Both the position numbers and the translations under genes were made by a program. 64,000 nucleotides of DNA from an uncultured Chloroflexia bacterium (GTDB lineage: Bacteria; Chloroflexota; Anaerolineae; CG2-30-64-16). The stretch lies in contig CAWEMM010000002.1 in NCBI GenBank assembly GCA_963810095.1, positions 224,001-288,000 of the forward strand, in the 5' to 3' direction. Below are positions 61,701 to 64,000 of the stretch, piece by piece. The number at the start of each line of letters is the position of its first letter. Position 1 is the first letter of the stretch. The notes beneath the pieces are model-generated. The model worked only from the letters and a program-made list of their open reading frames with translations. It was not told where the DNA came from and ran no database searches.

Positions 61701-61937
61701 CACATGGCCGCCCGGGTGCCGGGGTTCGGTTCTGGCACTTACCACGTCGAGCTGCAGGATACTCGCAGCAGCGAGCAGGCTGCGGGCTTCTTTCTTCACC
61801 GGTGCCTCGGCCGCCGCAGGCTGCGCCAGCGCCGGCAGTGAGGTCGTGATCAGAATCGCCAGCAACAGGAGATGCCAGCTCACGCGAAATGACGTCCGGT
61901 TTCTTCCCATCGAAGGACCTCCTTGGTTGTACGCCAC
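55788..61937 (-). CDS. giant secreted multidomain protein (SdrD-B/Cna-B-like, IPT/TIG, right-handed beta-helix, DUF11)
   Basis: signal peptide; 'GYVFNDTNRNGIKDPGEPGI' (SdrD-B); 'TITGTGFG...SWSDTQIVV' (IPT); 'FATIQAAID' plus Asn/Gly beta-helix; 'DLSITKT..PGDTVIYTIRAANAGP' (DUF11); start codon uncertain (61937 or 61910). Confidence 0.88.
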   Translation of the reverse strand: MAYNQGGPSMGRNRTSFRVSWHLLLLAILITTSLPALAQPAAAEAPVKKEARSLLAAASILQLDVVSARTEPRHPGGHVNQGDKITTYKYIINLDNTGTTDQRPDPTTGALPGACTPNDPGYPGTCKWTSIAGVPGSSPIVTQGDQDDFASGLSLPDGRYLISVLADGYKLDGAHFTMPTAGPLTVELQPWPVPDATIRTWVFEDSSPVNSAPDAPAEHGLAGFQGHIADYLGEVTTDIYGNPLCTKYQGEDPATFEIPTSALDADQLPIPLPGTGGKCLSDANGDLAIPHMGPNRYALSVTPPDGQTWIQTTTLEGNHDWDAWVMEGATGYDTEFVVAGEPFPATFFGFVNPGNSLAGGSGEIKGVIDAAKVYVPAKGGLGLPGTIWGGMTGAKIDKPIPEPWVALTDLTNGDSVVYVGQGDANGAFDIKNVPDGNYTLSWWDEPQDYIFDLLNVTVRNGELVDMGILPLTGWWTQIDGYVFNDTNRNGIKDPGEPGIPNFTLTMRKRENSLMDRGATAVTTDANGYYVMENAYPMTQWLVEEAYSDLYYTTGITYQADNQAAPTTVLGSGVDVSVLPIIGLSGRLDWGLHAYDAAGTNGIDPRNGGIVGTVSYDTTRNELDPRYAAVEDWQPGVSGLTVDLYEPVDCPVDGSKPCDADGWYQLEPDGSYSRGKLLNTYVTESWQRPSDNCIARDVDGNPLAYPNDQKVTAASTDCLEGPLMGVQFGPYATDQGTPDANFGAAVDGNYGFGDGCFNGTLDATDPENPVCVGGTFDPLPGGRDYLVHVEVPADVRGQPTYQFTREEDINIANGDQFVPQVPPPACAGPLHTVDVLNFGTDGYAPQAGDGNTVPLGVTVPASTPVDNPTFLDIGASPYEGQARPYCDTKLVQLNNGKSIVPTFNVFTDVPLPTRIWGLVVDDLNFSGDPRSLLFGEKAGVPFAPVGIYDWTNRLVQTVESDFNGLWDVLLPSSNRISCPTPSGVCANLYRFVGNDPGTPGVLNPNYKPQFRTIAAEFETIPGLLVPADLAPTQVGVTVQLPGGQVNQVSCTLDAATPQLLRVSKPNVSPNTSFTITGTGFGAQGSKSKVTLDGNTALSVTSWSDTQIVVRVPSSIPGNFGGPHQLAVTANNGQSTVNGLTMHIIAGTYNPVVYEVGPGKAFATIQAAIDKSAADDAAPGNYRGGLVVVYPGQPDLTNPRNNPRGAYYENLIVSNPIKLQGVGPGGFQGTTFVPGSIIDAGAFGGDTALADAWRAKIATLSWAGNQNVYEGAGIYLLANVNQFGNSFRASIDGFDIRGGDQMGFPNNINQIGGGATGQPPAVETQGGAIFANAYVRYLQITNNVIENNGGAYGTIRLGTPDLPAPDTNQHNENVRIANNRIIHNGGTNLAGGIGLFAGADNYEVANNDLCGNFSAEYGGALSVYGYSPSGKIHHNRIYFNQSYDEGGGIMIAGQLPANPATLSPGSGPVDIYNNLIQANLGNDDGGGLRFLMAGNFPMNVYNNMIVNNVSTHEGGGIGINDAPQVRVYNNTFMKNLTTATAVTSNGQPAPAGLSTSLNSDQLQATLPAGSPAFSNPLLFNNIFWDNRAGTRAGGSVTGLGIGGAGDIYNWDLGVADGFGQVSPTNSLLQTTTGTIASPTNQIVDPAVQTTFDLSVAFNVWRNNPNFVAPIMVAADLPPTLLGNYHLTNTSPAKDAGAASKTGVNAPAFDFDNDLRPAGAGYDSGADELPQLASGDLSITKTHSPSTAQPGDTVIYTIRAANAGPNAINGATVTDGFPAAVTGVSWTCTAAGGAACSAASGSASINSSVNLPAGGSVTFTANATLAYNASGSVVNTATVTLPANAIDPNTANNSATDTLALTTPTLPALTVRDNFNRTNANTLGNNWSQVTAFGSAAIRVNSNQAFASVLGAAFWNVPTTGFGAGQAVAFTFANAPAGGSGLVLKVTGSSATLPTNFIRVQYQTTGGGQLTVATTTNGGLSYTTRGQTMTAAFVTGDTLAAAAYADGSVAVFKNGAFVGRAAGTGFTGTGRIGIQLPANARVDDFRGDTLLP

Positions 61938-62008
61938 TTGTCTAACTTTCGAGAAAGGATTGGGCGCTGCGTGTAACGGGAGGGTGGAGCGCCGCTGAGA
62001 CGCAGAAG

Positions 62009-62075
62009 AGTGTAGTGGAGCGGTAGGCGGGTTACATCACGCGGTAGCAGGAAAGCGTACCCTCCTTTGGTAGGA
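62009..62075 (-). promoter_or_regulatory. putative promoter of the giant/MCO operon with a NarL-type box
   Basis: minus-strand TACACT (62014-62009); 16-bp box CCCTCCTTTGGTAGGA (62060-62075) matching 62615-62630. Confidence 0.45.
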
Positions 62076-62123
62076 GGCCATTTCGTGCGTTTTAGCTGAT
62101 TCGTCGGCTGACGTGCGAGGCTA

Positions 62124-62525
62124 CTATGAGAATGACGATCGCGGGCGGATGTCGCGGAAGGCCCTCAACAGGTTTTCAGGCCGGTCTTTCTCGACTCATA
62201 CGGCGGCGCCCGCGGCCACGAGTGCTGCTTGGGTTACCGGATCAACGAACAGGGCGAGCAATATCAGAACACAGGTTGGACACCGGGCAACGATCTGGCA
62301 AACCGCCGACGCGGCGTCTCTGCTGACCAGTTCCAGGAGGACGACCTGGGGCTGGTGGTCGTGGGCGATCCGCAACGCATCCCTCAACGTACCCGCTTCG
62401 CCGACCACACTCACGCCAGGCTCAGTCTCGAGCACCATGCGCAGGCCGATCCGGTTCTGCGGACGGCCGTCGATGATCAGGACAGTCAGGCGTGTGGAGG
62501 GATCGCTCGTGGGCCGCGTCATCAT
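62124..62525 (-). pseudogene. stand-alone atypical receiver domain interrupted by an in-frame TGA at 62196-62198
   Basis: REC fold 'VLIIDG...VVGEA...PQVVLLE' (phosphoacceptor D replaced by E); frame continues past TGA as 'VEKDRPENLLRAFR', containing the conserved REC Lys. Confidence 0.55.
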
Positions 62526-62610
62526 CCTTGTCCCGTCTCCGGAAATTGCGTTCCGAAATTACGCCGTCATGGTGCAATAGTATTATAGCTTAGTGTCCCT
62601 GTCCGTTCGT

Positions 62611-62634
62611 CGCATCCTACCCTGGTAGGATGCG
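62611..62634. promoter_or_regulatory. perfect palindrome (candidate NarL-family operator) in the divergent promoter region
   Basis: CGCATCCTACC-CT-GGTAGGATGCG; minus-strand TATAAT at 62587-62582. Confidence 0.55.
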
Positions 62635-62676
62635 TGTTTCCTCACTTCGTGTGCCGGTGAAGGAGCGACCAGTTCA

Positions 62677-63330
62677 ATGCCCATCCAGGTTCTGATCGTC
62701 GACGACCACTCGGTCGTCCGCCAGGGTTTGCGCATCTTTCTTGACATGGACCCCAATATCCGCATCGTCGGCGAAGCGACGAGTGGCACGAGCGCAGTCC
62801 AGATGGCGCGGGACTTGCGGCCCGATGTGGTGCTGATGGACTTATTGATGCCGGGCGTAGACGGCATTACTGCCACACGCGTGATCCGCCGCGAACTGCC
62901 CGATGTCGAAGTCATCGCGCTGACCAGCGTACTGAAAAACGAGCTCGTCGTGCAAGCCGTCCAGGCCGGCGCAATCGGCTACCTGCTCAAAGACACCGAT
63001 GCCCCCAAGCTGCGCCAGGCCATCCACGCAGCGGCGGCGGGCGAGGTGCAGTTATCCCCTGAGGTTGCCGCTATGCTCCTCAAGGAGGTGCGGGCGCCGC
63101 ACGAGATGGAGCACCTGACCGACCGCGAGATGGACGTGCTGCGGCTGGTGGCCCGCGGTCTGGCCAACAAGGAGATCGGCCGCGAGCTTTTCATCAGTGA
63201 GACGACGGTGAAAAGCCACGTGAAGAGCATCATGGACAAACTCGAGCTCCCCAGCCGCATTCACCTGGCGCTTTACGCCGTGCGCATGGGCCTGGCGTCG
63301 CTCGACCCGAAGGCGCCCTTGCTGAAATGA
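62677..63330 (+). CDS. NarL/LuxR-family response regulator
   Basis: 'LIVDDH', 'VLMDLLMP', 'GYLLK', 'LTDREMDVL...NKEIG..LFISETTVKSHV'. Confidence 0.95.
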   Translation: MPIQVLIVDDHSVVRQGLRIFLDMDPNIRIVGEATSGTSAVQMARDLRPDVVLMDLLMPGVDGITATRVIRRELPDVEVIALTSVLKNELVVQAVQAGAIGYLLKDTDAPKLRQAIHAAAAGEVQLSPEVAAMLLKEVRAPHEMEHLTDREMDVLRLVARGLANKEIGRELFISETTVKSHVKSIMDKLELPSRIHLALYAVRMGLASLDPKAPLLK

Positions 63331-64000
63331 GCAGTTCCGACCCCGGGCGCGAGCCTGCGGCCAGGCGCCTGGACACGCGTTCGGCCGTGTCGATCTCGGT
63401 GACCTTCACCCTGCTCGTGGGCGTCCTCGCCCTCCTCGTGAACCTGGTGTTGGTCAGGCTGGAGCCCCCGGGCGCATACGCGCTCAGATACGATCTGACC
63501 GCGGACATTATGCTGGCAGCCATTGCCGGCTTGGTCCTGTACGACCTGCTCCGCCGGGAAGCGTTGGCGAAGCGCCGTGCGGCCGCCCTGCTCCAGCGTG
63601 AGCAGGCGGCGCAACAGGAGATCGCGCAGGTACGGGCCAATGAAGATGAGCGGCGCCGGCTCATCCAGATCATGGACACGATCCCCGAAGGTGTCTGCAT
63701 CATCAGCGAAGACTTCGACATGGACTATGTGAACCCCGTGCTCGAGCGAACGTTTGGCGCGCCGGGGGGCCGGAAGTGCTACGACTACCTCAACGGCTTC
63801 GCCGAGCCGTGTGCCCAGTGCCCCAATGACGACGTCTTCGCGGGCAGCACCGTGCGCCGTGAGTGGGTGGATCAGCGGAGCGGGCGGACGTACGAGCTGG
63901 TCGACACGCCCATGCCTGCGCTCGCGGGCAAGAGGATGAAGCTGGAGCTGCTCACCGACGTCACCGAGGACGTCGAGGCCCGTAAGCGGACTGAGGAACT
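63327..64000 (+). CDS. membrane sensor with PAS domain, probably a histidine kinase (3' truncated by window)
   Basis: ATG overlaps the regulator stop; two TM, coiled coil, PAS 'IMDTIPEGVCII...YVNP...KCYDYLNGFAEPCAQCP...DVTE'; frame open to the window end. Confidence 0.75.
   Translation, partial: MSSSDPGREPAARRLDTRSAVSISVTFTLLVGVLALLVNLVLVRLEPPGAYALRYDLTADIMLAAIAGLVLYDLLRREALAKRRAAALLQREQAAQQEIAQVRANEDERRRLIQIMDTIPEGVCIISEDFDMDYVNPVLERTFGAPGGRKCYDYLNGFAEPCAQCPNDDVFAGSTVRREWVDQRSGRTYELVDTPMPALAGKRMKLELLTDVTEDVEARKRTEE

Overview
High-GC bacterial DNA, most consistent with a Chloroflexota (Anaerolineae-like) chromosome. That assignment is an inference from PT/AP-rich lipoprotein linkers, a C-terminal YLPLLLR motif, a CSLREA protein and the general gene content. 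Many genes carry single-base indels, which points to an under-polished long-read assembly. Left to right: coaE-dnaJ-prmA-(nucleoside phosphorylase)-rsmE-trxB; a ChvE/GguA/GguB-type sugar ABC importer whose binding protein is internally duplicated; an unusual sensory module (sugar-binding lipoprotein, REC-LuxR-REC regulator, RbsC-like permease, and a catalytically degenerate ABC ATPase fused to a histidine kinase); fatty-acid and propionyl-/methylmalonyl-CoA genes; an OmpR/BaeS-type two-component system with HtrA, a MacAB-like exporter and a divergent ApbE flavinylation cluster; and a ~17.6 kb secreted-protein locus (2049-aa surface protein, three multicopper-oxidase paralogues with complementary copper ligands, cupredoxin, subtilase, CSLREA protein) next to a NarL-type two-component system. 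The two best candidates for undescribed systems are (1) the ABC-transporter-derived sensor kinase, with matching operator boxes at its own promoter and the importer promoter, and (2) the apparently split, heterotrimeric multicopper oxidase. No rRNA, tRNA, CRISPR array or transposase was seen.
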